A stretch of 24,482 nt of DNA. It comes from Paramoeba atlantica (Eukaryota > Protista > Discosea). The position numbers and the translations under genes are program-made. Every line of letters starts with the position of its first letter. The first letter of the stretch is position 1. Positions 1 to 10,726 of the stretch are shown here, one piece after another. The notes under the pieces are model-generated. The model saw only the letters and a list, made by a program, of their open reading frames with translations. It did no database searches and was not told the origin of the DNA. The DNA lies in NCBI GenBank assembly GCA_977017575.1, contig CDRNVI010000128.1:1-24482 (forward strand), read 5' to 3'.

Positions 1-2
1 CA

Positions 3-86
3 TGAGTCGATTGTCCAAATTTTACAAGACGTGTATTAAAATTTGTACCTACAACTAAGAAAAAAAAAAAAAATGAATTTAAATAA
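3..86 (+). CDS. rpl2: Ribosomal protein L2, C-terminal end (truncated by window edge)
   Basis: Frame 3 reads W(TGA)VDCPNFTRRVLKFVPTTKKKKKNEFK*. It resembles the L2 'PW...TR' basic tail and lies directly before rps19, as in the S10 operon order. Confidence 0.6.
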
Positions 87-351
87 TATTAAAAATATTA
101 AAAATATTATTTATTTTTTAAATTTTTCAAAAATAGATAAATTTATTTGATTAAAGTTAAAAGTAAAAGGTTTTAAAATAAAAAATTATATGATTAATAA
201 AAGATTAACTGTATATAATGGTCGTTATTTTATTCCAATTAAAATTATAGATAGTATGGTTAATTATATGATTAATTATTTTTTTTTTTCAAAAAATATA
301 TTAATAAAAGATAAAAAGAAAAAGAAACGTATAAAGAAAAAGAAAAAATAA
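73..351 (+). CDS. rps19: Ribosomal protein S19 (92 aa, one TGA-Trp)
   Basis: VYNGRYFIPIKIIDSMVNYMINYFFFSK matches the S19 motif VHNGK.F.PV.I.E.MVGHKLGEF. Missing from the ORF track because of the TGA at 148. Confidence 0.88.
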
Positions 352-353
352 TT

Positions 354-1544
354 ATGGGACATTTAGTTAATCCAATAACATATAGATTATCAAAAAGTAA
401 ATATTGAATTTCGTCTTGAAATAATATTACAAAAAAAAATTATAAATTATTTTTTTAGAAGATTATAATATTATTAAATTTTATAATTGAATTAAAGTTA
501 TAATTAATTGAAACAAGTTAAATTTAGAAATATTACCGTTAAATATAATTAAAACATATAAAATGATGATAATAAATTTAAATTTATTAAATGATGATAA
601 TAAATTTTTAATTAATGATATTAAGTCAAAAAAATATAAATTAAAAAAATATTATAATCAGTCAAAAAAAATATATATTTAAATCTTTTTTAAAGTATAA
701 ACAGTCAAAAAGAAAAAAAAAATATAATTTTTTAAAAGAAAAAAAAAAAAAAAAATATATATTAAATTTTTTACGTAAATTTTTTTATAGTAAAAGAAAA
801 AATTTTTATAAAAATAAAAAATATGTTTGATTTAATTATTTTTTTTGAGACATGCATAATAATAAATATTATTTATTTTATAATAAGTCTTGTAGAGGGT
901 TTTATAGAAAGAAAATATTTAAAAATATATGAAAAAAAAAATCAATAAATAATTTTAATAATTTTAAATATTTTTATAAATATAAAAATATTTATATTTA
1001 TAAAAATAATAAAAGATTAAACAATTTTATTTTTAAATATAAATGATTTAATTTATTAAGAATTCCAACTAATCGTTGATTAAATAGATTAAAATATATT
1101 AAAAATACTAATTATTTAACTTTAGATAAAAAATTTATTTTTATATTAAAAAATTTTTTATCGTTTTTTATAAAAAAAATTTTTAAAGTTAATAATCCTA
1201 TAATTAATTTTATAGATAAAAAAGAAGTAAATTATTCTACTTATTCTTTATATAAGCTAATTTTATGAAGATTGCGTGTAGGTTATAAAATAGAGCATTA
1301 TGCTTATTTATTACATAATAAATTAAAAAATGAAAGAGGTATTATAGGTTTTAAAATAGGTTATGCAGGGAGATATAAAAAAAAGTTAAGAAATAAAAAG
1401 TTTATTAAACAATTTGGTGCTATTTCACCAAGTAATATAAATTCTCCTTTAAGTTATAATCAGTTTATTTTAATTATGCGGTATGGTGTTTGTGGTGTAA
1501 AAATGAGTTATGTTAGAAAAGTGTATTTATCTTCTATAATATAA
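354..1544 (+). CDS. rps3: Ribosomal protein S3 (~396 aa), two compensating homopolymer frameshifts
   Basis: N-terminus MGHLVNPITYRLSKSKYWISSW is the S3 signature, and the C-terminus reads GFKIGYAGR...RYGVCGVK. The frame breaks at the T run 450-456 (TAG at 456) and returns at the A run 664-671. Confidence 0.85.
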
Positions 1545-1592
1545 AAAGAAAGAAAAGAGAAAAAAAGTTGATTTATTAAGAAATAAATAGAA

Positions 1593-2042
1593 ATGAAAAA
1601 AATTTTTGTCAAAAAACATTTAATATTAAATTATTCTAATACTAAAAATTCGATAGAAAAAATATATAATGGTCAATTTGCTATATATTTTTTAGAAGGT
1701 GGTATACTATATAATAATGAATTTAAGGCTTTATTATTTTTTTTAAAAAAAAGATTAAAATTTTTTACTAAATTATTTATACGTTTTCATCCAAGTTTTA
1801 AAAATACATCAAAACCTATAGGTGTTAGAATGGGTAAAGGTAAGGGTGCATTAAATGAATATTATTTTAATATATCAAAAGGTCAAATATTTATTGAATT
1901 TGGTTTTTCTAATAAATTATTTATATTAAATGATAATGATAAAAAAAAATTATTAGAATATATTAAAGGAATTGTTAAATTAGCCTCATTAAAATCAAAT
2001 ATTAAATTTAAATTAGTTTATAATAAAGAAAAATGATTTTAG
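1593..2042 (+). CDS. rpl16: Ribosomal protein L16
   Basis: TSKPIGVRMGKGKG motif. With TGA=Trp the stop is TAG at 2040-2042, not 2036. Confidence 0.95.
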
Positions 2043-2389
2043 TAGGTAGTTATTTAAATTGTAGTGATAATTCTGGTGCACGTATTGTAAAATGTATAAG
2101 AATTTATAAAAGAAAAAAATATGGATCTATTGGTGATGAAATATTAATAACTGTTAAAACAAATAATCCTAAAAAAAGAATAAAAAAAGGAGAATTATAT
2201 AAGGCTTTAATTATTAGAACTAAATATAATTTAAAAAAAAATATAAATTATTATAAATTTAGTGATAATGCTGTTGTTTTGATAAATAAAAAAAAATTAC
2301 CTTTAGGTACAAAATTATTTGGTATTAGTTTAAAATTTTTAAGATTTATAAACCGTAAAGTTTTCTTATTGATGCAAAGTATAATATAA
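2033..2389 (+). CDS. rpl14: Ribosomal protein L14
   Basis: MILVGSYLNCSDNSGARIVKCI, IGDEILITVK and FSDNAVVLIN motifs. Confidence 0.96.
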   Translation: MILVGSYLNCSDNSGARIVKCIRIYKRKKYGSIGDEILITVKTNNPKKRIKKGELYKALIIRTKYNLKKNINYYKFSDNAVVLINKKKLPLGTKLFGISLKFLRFINRKVFLLMQSII

Positions 2390-2393
2390 AAAT

Positions 2394-2951
2394 ATGAAAA
2401 GTATAGATTTCAAAAGTAATTTAAATATAATACAAAAGGATAACATTAGTAAATTGAATATAATGAGTTTTAATCAATTATCAAAAATTGATAAAGTTGA
2501 TGTAAAAGTTAAATTATATTCTTCAGATGGTAATATAGTTAGAAGGTATCTTATTTTAAATAAATTATTTAAAAAATTATTTAATCAAAGAGTTTCTATT
2601 ATAAAAATACAAAAAGAGACATTACGTAATTTTTCTGTTAGATCAAGACGTAATAATTTATCTTATTATATAGTTTTAGGATTAAGTTTAAGAAAAAATA
2701 ATATTTATTCTAATTTAAATTATTTATATAATATTATTTTTAATTTATTAGATAAAAATAATGAAAGTAGTTTAATTTATAGAAAAGAAAATAAATATAT
2801 AATAGAATTAAAAAATTTTAATTTTTTATTAGGATTAAATAGTGATGAAGATATATTGGTAAATAATTTAATTTTTAAATTAAATTTTATTATAAATTTT
2901 AATAATAATAATAATAAATTACATGAAAAAATATTTTTTAAAAAATTATAA
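2394..2951 (+). CDS. rpl5: Ribosomal protein L5 (divergent)
   Basis: Position between rpl14 and rps14. SKIDKVDV resembles PKIEKIVLN, and LSLRKNNIYSNLNYL resembles VTLRG..MY.FL..L. Confidence 0.75.
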   Translation: MKSIDFKSNLNIIQKDNISKLNIMSFNQLSKIDKVDVKVKLYSSDGNIVRRYLILNKLFKKLFNQRVSIIKIQKETLRNFSVRSRRNNLSYYIVLGLSLRKNNIYSNLNYLYNIIFNLLDKNNESSLIYRKENKYIIELKNFNFLLGLNSDEDILVNNLIFKLNFIINFNNNNNKLHEKIFFKKL

Positions 2952-3192
2952 AAATGAAAGAATATATAATAATAATAATACATTAGTATTATTATTAAAA
3001 ATTTTAAAAATATATAGGAAAAAGAAAATATTTTTTTTGAATTTTCCTATACAGAATATTTTAAGAAAGAATTTTTGTATAGAAACTGGTTTAAAGAGAT
3101 CTGTTTTTCGAGATTTTTCTTTATCTAGAATGAATATAAAAGAATCTCTTAATATGAAACAAATTAATGGTTTAAAAAAAATATCTTGATAA
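2923..3192 (+). CDS. rps14: Ribosomal protein S14
   Basis: NFCIETGLKRSVFRDFSLSRM...GLKKISW*. The canonical terminal Trp is encoded by TGA (3187), followed by TAA. Confidence 0.92.
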
Positions 3193-3195
3193 GTT

Positions 3196-3588
3196 ATGAA
3201 TTTTTTTTGTAGTCAAATTAATAATGGGTATATAGCTAATTTAAAAAGTTTATATATACCATTAAAAAAAAAGTATTTACCTATATTATCACGTTTATAC
3301 GAATTAAATTTGATAAATAGTTTTATAATATGTAATAAATACCAAATAAAAATAACATTAAAATATTATAATAATAAGCCTTTAATTTTTTTAGAACAAT
3401 TATCTTCAGGAGGTAATAAACAATATTTAAAATTTAAAACTTTTAATAAAAATTTTTCTAAATTTTATTTTAATCCTTGTTTTTATAGTAGTAATAAAGG
3501 TTTGTTAACACACGATGAAGCTTATATTATAAAAAGTGGTGGTAAAGCCTTATTAAAAGTACATCTATTATATAAAAATATATTATAA
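3196..3588 (+). CDS. rps8: Ribosomal protein S8
   Basis: KITLKYYNNKPLI and SSNKGLLTHDEA...GGKAL motifs, in spc-operon position. Confidence 0.9.
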   Translation: MNFFCSQINNGYIANLKSLYIPLKKKYLPILSRLYELNLINSFIICNKYQIKITLKYYNNKPLIFLEQLSSGGNKQYLKFKTFNKNFSKFYFNPCFYSSNKGLLTHDEAYIIKSGGKALLKVHLLYKNIL

Positions 3589-3591
3589 TAA

Positions 3592-4131
3592 ATGAAAAAA
3601 AAATTATATTTAGGAAAAAGTTCTTTATTAAATATTATACATAATAATAATAATATTTTTATGGAAAATATAATAAGTAATTATAAAAAAAATATAGATT
3701 TAACTATCTTAACTTTATTTAATCAAAAAAATATATTTATATTAAATAATAAAACATTAATTATTAAAAGAAAGAAATATTATAGTTTATTTCAAAGATA
3801 TATAAAAAAAAATTTAATTGATTTGATAAGAGGTTATTGCCTAATTTTAAATGTTATAGGTTTAGGTTTTACTATGACTATTTGAAAAGATAATGAATTA
3901 AGATTTAATATAGGTTATAATCATTTGATTTATTATAATATACCTAAAGGTATTTTAGTTAAATCTAGATCTAGAAGAAATCTTTTTTTATTTAGTAATT
4001 CTTATTTTTTGTTAAAAAAAGTATCTGTGGAAATAAAACAATTTAGAAAATTAAATGCATATAAATTGAAAGGAATAAAAGAAAAAAATGAATTATATAT
4101 TAAAAAAATTGAAAAAAAAGGAACTTATTAA
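3592..4131 (+). CDS. rpl6: Ribosomal protein L6 (joins two track ORFs through TGA at 3883)
   Basis: LNVIGLGF...FNIGYNHLIYYNIP.G...IKQFRKLNAYKLKGI matches the L6 C-terminal domain in one continuous frame. Confidence 0.9.
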
Positions 4132-4282
4132 TTCAGCAATAAGTTTTAAGGTATTATTAAATTTTAATTATAATTTAATTTATATATCATAATTATAATT
4201 TAAAATTAATTTTCGATAATAATTGACTTCAAGTTAAAAATTATTTATATGAAATGGGTATTATAAATAAACAATAAAAAAT

Positions 4283-4596
4283 ATGAATATAAAACGTTAT
4301 ATAATTAATAATTATAATATTGGTTTATCTTTATTATCTATAATATTATTTAAATTTGGTTTATTATATAATAAATCTTATAAAAATATTAATAATAAAG
4401 GTTTATTAAAACAGTTAGAAAAAAATTTGTTATATTTTTTTAAAGGAAGGAACAAATTAAACATATTAGATATAATAATATTATGAAAAAAATAGTTAAT
4501 GGTTCTTATTTTGGTTATAAACGTATTAGAGGGTTACCTATGTATAATCAACGATCAAAGACTAATAATAGATCATCGAGAAAAAAAATAATATAA
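4283..4596 (+). CDS. rps13: Ribosomal protein S13, one frameshift at A run 4486-4492; start may be ATG 4254
   Basis: The C-terminus SYFGYKRIRGLPMYNQRSKTNNRSSRK matches [25 protein letters not shown]. It is in frame 1, while the N-terminal part is in frame 2 (TAG at 4493). Confidence 0.85.
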
Positions 4597-4599
4597 GTG

Positions 4600-6219
4600 A
4601 TGAAAACTACATGATATAATAATATAATAAAACATAATATAAAAAATAATAAAATAGTTTTATTTGATAATAAAACAGATTATAATGAGTTATCTTTATA
4701 TAATTTAAATTATAAGAGTAAAAATTTTTTTATTATTAAATAATGTTATTGATGTTATTAGTGATAATATTTATTCAGAAATAAAAAATTTCAATCTTAA
4801 TTTAATAATAAATATTTATTATTTAATGAATAAATTTTTTAAATTTAATATTAATAAAAAATTTTTATAAATTAGAGTATTTAAATAATAAATATTTATT
4901 ATTGAATTTAAATAATTCTAAATCGTTTTTTGTTATAAAAGATAATTATAAAAATTTTTATAATAATTTTTTTCAAATTCTTTTATGAATTTTTTAGATT
5001 GTAATAAAAAATTTATATATAATAGAAAGTTAAGGTATAAAAATTATAATTTTTTATTATCATATAAAAATAAATTAAGAAAAAAATTGTTTTTAAAGCA
5101 AACTCGTTTTAATAATATAGATAATGAAGATTTTTTAAATTTGGACCAGAAAATGGTTTATATTTTCAAACTATAAGTAATAGTTTTAGAAAGAAAAGAG
5201 AAGAAAAGAGAGAAGAAAACAACAATTATTTCATTATAATAATAATATAATAAAAAAAACTATTTTTTTAAAAAAAGGTCAAGTATTTTTAGGTTATAAT
5301 TTTAAGTCTTTATCAAAATTAAATTTATTTAATTTAGATTATATAAAATTTAATAATAATTTTTATATAAGAAAAAATATTGTCTTGAAAAGAATAAAAA
5401 AAATTTATTTTTATTATTTAGAAAAGAAAATTTATTAAAATATTATAATAAAAAATATTTAAAATATAAAAAATTTAATATAAAAAATTTTTATAATAAT
5501 TATTATTTTTTATTTAAAAATTATTGTATAAAAAAAATAAAAATAAATTATATAGAAAGAGAAAAATTTTAATTAAAAAAAAATTTAAAAATAAATTATA
5601 TAATTATAATTTATTTTAAATAAACTAAATTTATTTAAAAATAAAAAAGAAAAGAGAAATTTATTTAATATTAGATATAATTTTTTTTATAAAATATATA
5701 ATATTAATTTATGAAAAAAATATAAAAGAAAAGAGAAATTTTTAGATATATAAAAAGAATAAAAAATAACTTTTATTCTTTAAAATTATATAAAAGAAAA
5801 GAAAAAAGAATAAAATTATATAATTATTCATATTTAATTAAAAGAAAAAAATTATTAAATTATAATTTTTTATATTTTATAAAAAATTTATATATTAATA
5901 GTATTTATAATAATATTAAAAATAAATTTTTATATAAAAATTATAAAAAATTTTATATAATGAATAAATTTTTATATACTATTAATTCGAATATTGATTA
6001 TAAAATATTAAAATATTTTTAATAATATTAAATAATATTAAATTATTAAATAATTATAAAATTTCTAAAAATGTTAAAAATTTCTTTTTTAAGAATAGTT
6101 TTAATAACATATTAAAAAAAAGAAATTGAAAACAAATAAATAAATATTTATATTTTCGTATTTTTTAATAAATATAATTATAATAAAATTAATAATTATA
6201 AATATAAAAAGAAAAAAAT
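4600..6219 (+). other. Coding-like low-complexity region: chain of short open frames that switch at homopolymers
   Basis: ATG at 4600 directly follows rps13. Successive open stretches (e.g. 4742-4867, 4985-5173, 5726-6019) have the same amino-acid bias as the 6220-8073 ORF. Confidence 0.45.
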
Positions 6220-8073
6220 TAAAAATTTATAAATATAAAAAGAAAAAATTCAAAATTTTTTATTATTAAAAAATCAACAACAAAAGAAAAAAAAATATAT
6301 AAATTTGATAAATTTTTTTATAATATTTCTTTAAATTTAATTAAATTAAATAAATTACATAAAAAAAAGGGAATAAAGAAAAAAAATTATTTTAATAATA
6401 ATAAAAATATGAAATCTTTAATAAATTATTATATTTACAATTATAATAATAAAGATTTATTGAATTTTAATATTTATAATTATAATTGTAAATATAATAA
6501 ATTTAATAAAGATTATTGTTCTCATAAATATAAAAATTTTAAAGTTTATAAATATAAAAATTTTATATTTAATAGTTATGAATTAGATTATTACGATATA
6601 ATAAATAAATTTCATAAAAAAAAATGAAATTTTTATATTATAAATGAAAAAGAAAAGAATGATTTATATTATAAATGAAAATCTATAAAGATACCTTATA
6701 ATAATTTTTTAGTATTTTCTTGTAATATTAATTGTGAAAATTATTTAATAAAAGTTTTAACTAAGATTAAAAAGAATTATATTTTTTATTCAAAAAATTT
6801 ATTAAATAATAATTCAATTATATCTAAAAGAAAAGAGAATAAAAGTTTAAAAAAGAGAAATTTTATATCTTATAATTGTAATTTAATTGATAATTTAAAA
6901 TTAAATAAAAGAAAAGAGAAAAATTTAAAATCTTGAACTTATTATTTATTTATAAATAATAATTTAATAAAAGAAAAGAGAAAAATAATTTTAAAACCAA
7001 TAAAAGAAAAAAAAAATATTAAAAACTCAATTTGTTTATGAAAAAAAAGAAATTGATTTATAAATAAATCTTTTACTCAGAAGAGTTCATATTTAAAATT
7101 TTATAATAGAAAGAAGAAAGTATTTATATTAATTCAAAAAAATAATTTAAAGAAAAGAGAAAAAAAATTATTAAATTTATATTTAACAGGAAAAAAGAGA
7201 AGATTCTATAGGTATAATAATATTACATCTTTTTTTTTAAATTATAAGTTTATTAATAATAATAAAACATTATTATTTAAACAAATGAAAAAAAAATTAA
7301 AAATTTTATTTAAAAAAGGTTTATTTAAAAAAAGTAGTATGTATTTTTTTAGAAGAACATTATTAGTAGAATATCCTAAATGATCATTAATAAAAGAAAA
7401 TTATTTTAAACGTAATGAAGATAATATAATGTCGTATTTATCAAAATATATACATTTTAAAATTTATAATATATATAGAAAAATATATAATATTGATTTA
7501 TTATTTTTAAAACGAATTAATCAATATAAAAATTTTAGTAAACTAAATTATTCAAAAATTTTAATTAATATTAGAAGTAATTTGTTACAATATTTTTATA
7601 ACAAAAATAAGACTTTCAAAAGTTTTATTAAAAATAAAGTTTACTATAATAAATTTTTAGTAAAAAATGTATCAATAAAAAATTATATATTATTTAATAA
7701 TATTAATGATTATACTAATAATTATAAAAATATAAATAATTTGAAATATAATAATTCTATATATAGTTATTATAAATATTTTTTAAAATTAGTATTATTT
7801 AATAATTTGATTTTAAAAAATAATTATACTAAAAAAATAAATTGTGATATTAGTTTATTTATTACTAAATTTATGAAAAATTTAAATATAATATATAAGT
7901 ATATATATAGTATTAAGTATTCAAATAAAAAAAATTTAAATTATTATTCAAAATTAAATGAAATAAATTTTTTTAATAATATTTATGACTATGATTATAG
8001 TTTATTAAATAATAATAGCTTAATAAATTATAAATTAAATACTGTTACTTTATTAAATTCTAAAAAATATTAA
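6220..8073 (+). CDS. Unassigned K/N/Y/F/I-rich mitochondrial ORF (617 open codons in code 4; probably continues upstream to ATG 4600 via frameshifts)
   Basis: I read frame 1 line by line from 6220 to TAA at 8071 and found no TAA or TAG despite very high AT. It joins track ORFs 6409 and 7429. No recognisable motif. Confidence 0.7.
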
Positions 8074-8311
8074 TTAAATAATATTTAATTAATAAATTTA
8101 AAAAGAAATTTTTAAATTTGAATATTATTATTAATTTGAATAATAATAATATTTTTAAAATAAGGTAAAAAGAAAAAAATATTTTTATCTTATATATGTT
8201 TGCACCTTCAAGATGTTGTATAGAAAAAGAAAGAAAAGAATAAACGTGAAAAAATGATTAAGAAAATTATTTAGTAATTAAATTATAGTAATAAAAAAAA
8301 AAATTATTATT

Positions 8312-8692
8312 ATGCCACAATTAGATTTAGGAATTTTATTTTTAGAATTAGTTTTAAATTTTATATTTTTTTGATTAATTTATATTTATTATGCAAGATA
8401 TATATTCCCTTTAATAAATAAAACTATTAAATTAAGAAAATATAAATTAAAATCTATAATAAAAAGATTATTATTATTAGAATCAAATATTTTATTTATT
8501 ATAAAATTAAATTTAAGTATTTTATTAAATAATAATTTTTTATTAAATAAATTTGTTGTTTTATTAAAATCTAAAATTAATAATATTAAAATTATTATTT
8601 TTAGTAAATTATATATATTAGGTTTAAATTTCTTAAAAAAAGAATCTTTATTAAATAAAAAATATTTTATAATAAAAACAATATATAAATAA
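8312..8692 (+). CDS. atp8: ATP synthase subunit 8 (126 aa)
   Basis: Starts MPQLD, followed by a hydrophobic helix with TGA-Trp (8372) and PLINKTIKLRK. Absent from the ORF track. Its stop overlaps the cob ATG (TAATG). Confidence 0.92.
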
Positions 8693-9840
8693 TGAGATTA
8701 GTTAAAAAAGATATTTTTGTAAATGCATTTTATAATGCTTTAGTAGTTTATCCAGCTCCTGCTAATATAACTTATGCTTGAAATTTAGGAGTTAGTGCTG
8801 GTTTGTTTTTAATTATTCAGATTTTAACAGGTGTTATTTTAGCTATGTATTATACACCTAATGCTGATTTAGCTTTTGCTAGTGTTAGACATATAGTTAA
8901 TGATGTACATTTTGGTGATATGCTAAGAATGTACCATGCTAGTGGATCATCAGTTTTTTTTTTTGTAATATATTTACATGTATTTAGAGGTTTATATTAT
9001 GGTTCATATACTTATCCTAGACAATTTGTATGAGTATCTGGTGTTATAATATTATTAATTATGATTATAACAGCTTTTGTAGGTTATGTTTTACCTTGGG
9101 GTCAAATGAGTTTTTGAGCAGCAACTGTTATTACTAATTTAGTGTCAGTTATACCTTTTGTAGGTAATGATATATTATTATGATTATGAGGTGGATTTTC
9201 TGTTGATGAAGCTACATTACATCGTTTTTTTAGTTTACATTATTTATTACCTTTTGTTATAGCAGCTTTAGCTGGAGTTCATATTATATTATTACATGAA
9301 GTTGGTTCTAATAATATATTAGGTATTAATCATAAGGTAGATCAAATACCATTTCATCCTTATTTTGTTTTTAAAGATTTATTTAGTTCATTATTATTAT
9401 TATTTGGTTTTAATATGTATGCTATAAAACATACTCCAAGTATAATAGACGCAGATAATTATTTAGAAGCAAATCCTTTAGTAACACCCGTACATATCGT
9501 ACCAGAATGATATTTTAAAGCTTTTTATGCAATTTTAAGATCTGTACCAGATAAAGCAGGTGGTTTTATCTTATTAGTTTTATCTATTATTGTTTTAATA
9601 ATATTTCCATTTTATGTGAAAGCACCTATAGTTAGTGGTTATTTTAGACCTATTTATAATTTAGGTTTTTGATTATTTATTATGGATTTTATTACATTAA
9701 CCTGAATAGGAGGTAAACCTATAGAAGAACCTTATTATTTTATAGGTCAAATGGCTACAAGTTTTTATTTTATATATTTTATTATATTGTTACCTGTTAT
9801 TGTTAAATTAGAAAAATCATTATATAAAAATATTACTTAA
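8692..9840 (+). CDS. cob: Apocytochrome b (382 aa)
   Basis: [23 protein letters not shown], heme His residues and PEWY. The frame is uninterrupted with TGA=Trp. Confidence 0.99.
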
Positions 9841-9844
9841 ACAT

Positions 9845-10348
9845 ATGAATAAAATTTTTAATTTTATAATTTTTTATATTTCTATATTATTTTTAGTTAA
9901 TATGTTTTCAAATCATTTATTTTTTTTTAATTCTGTTGGTAATTTATTAATTATAATTATATTATTAATTATATCTTTATTTACTTTTTATATTTCTTCG
10001 TTAAAAAGTAATTTCTTAATTATAAAAAAAAATGAAATATATAAACAATATTATTTAAAATTATTAAAACTATATTATATTTTTTATTTATATAAAAATA
10101 TAATATTTCAAAATATTTTAATATCTACATTTCAAAATTATTATTTTAAATTTATAATTTTATTTTATAATATTAATTTAAATATATTATTAAATTCTAT
10201 ATCAAATTTATATAGTTATTTATATAATAATTTTTTAAATACTTTTTATATTAATAATTATTTTATATTTAGTATTAAATTTAAATTATTAAATCAAATA
10301 AACTATAAAAATTTTATTTTTAAAAAATATTTTACTATAAAAAAATAA
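9845..10348 (+). CDS. Membrane-anchored ORF167, possibly ATP synthase subunit b (atp4/orf25/ymf39)
   Basis: Hydrophobic N-terminal ~50 aa followed by a K/N/Y-rich tail. Size and topology fit atp4, but no diagnostic motif was recognised. Confidence 0.45.
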   Translation: MNKIFNFIIFYISILFLVNMFSNHLFFFNSVGNLLIIIILLIISLFTFYISSLKSNFLIIKKNEIYKQYYLKLLKLYYIFYLYKNIIFQNILISTFQNYYFKFIILFYNINLNILLNSISNLYSYLYNNFLNTFYINNYFIFSIKFKLLNQINYKNFIFKKYFTIKK

Positions 10349-10351
10349 TAT

Positions 10352-10708
10352 ATGAATTTTGAATATAGTATAATTATTATCTCTATATCATTAAGTATGA
10401 TTATTTCTTTAGTATTATTTTCTATTATTTTACTTCTTATTTATTCAAAATTTGGGATAGAAAAAGTTTCAGCATATGAATGTGGTTTTCACCCTTTTGA
10501 AGATACTAGACATAATTTTAATGTAAGATTTTATTTAGTATCTATTTTATTTTTAATTTTTGATTTAGAAATAATATTTTTATTTCCATGATTGACTTTA
10601 GTTAATTTTTTAGGAACAAGTGGTTTTTTAGTAGTATTGATTTTTATTACTATATTAACTATAGGTTTCATATATGAATGATTAAAAGGTGCTTTAACCT
10701 GAGAGTAA
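10352..10708 (+). CDS. nad3: NADH dehydrogenase subunit 3
   Basis: [31 protein letters not shown] and YEWLKGALTWE*. Confidence 0.98.
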
Positions 10709-10726
10709 AAAATTATTTTATATATT

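Larger units (their letters stand above)
1550..7161 (+). repeat. Dispersed purine 12-mer AAGAAAAGAGAA (8 exact copies)
   Basis: Copies start at 1550, 5191, 5647, 5726, 6828, 6909, 6971 and 7150, all on the same strand. Near-copies lie at about 5201, 5792, 6851, 7191 and 8231. Confidence 0.7.

Noticed and set aside
2777-2983. Minus-strand 68-aa ORF
   Set aside because: Shadow of rpl5/rps14 in low-complexity sequence.
5191-7161. CRISPR-like or tandem array from the AAGAAAAGAGAA repeats
   Set aside because: The repeat is too short and non-palindromic, spacing is irregular, no cas genes are present, and it lies in an open mitochondrial frame.
8074-8273. Possible rps11 C-terminal remnant (FAPSRCC.. 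followed by a basic tail)
   Set aside because: No frame gives the PHNGCR motif or other S11 signatures. The resemblance is positional only.
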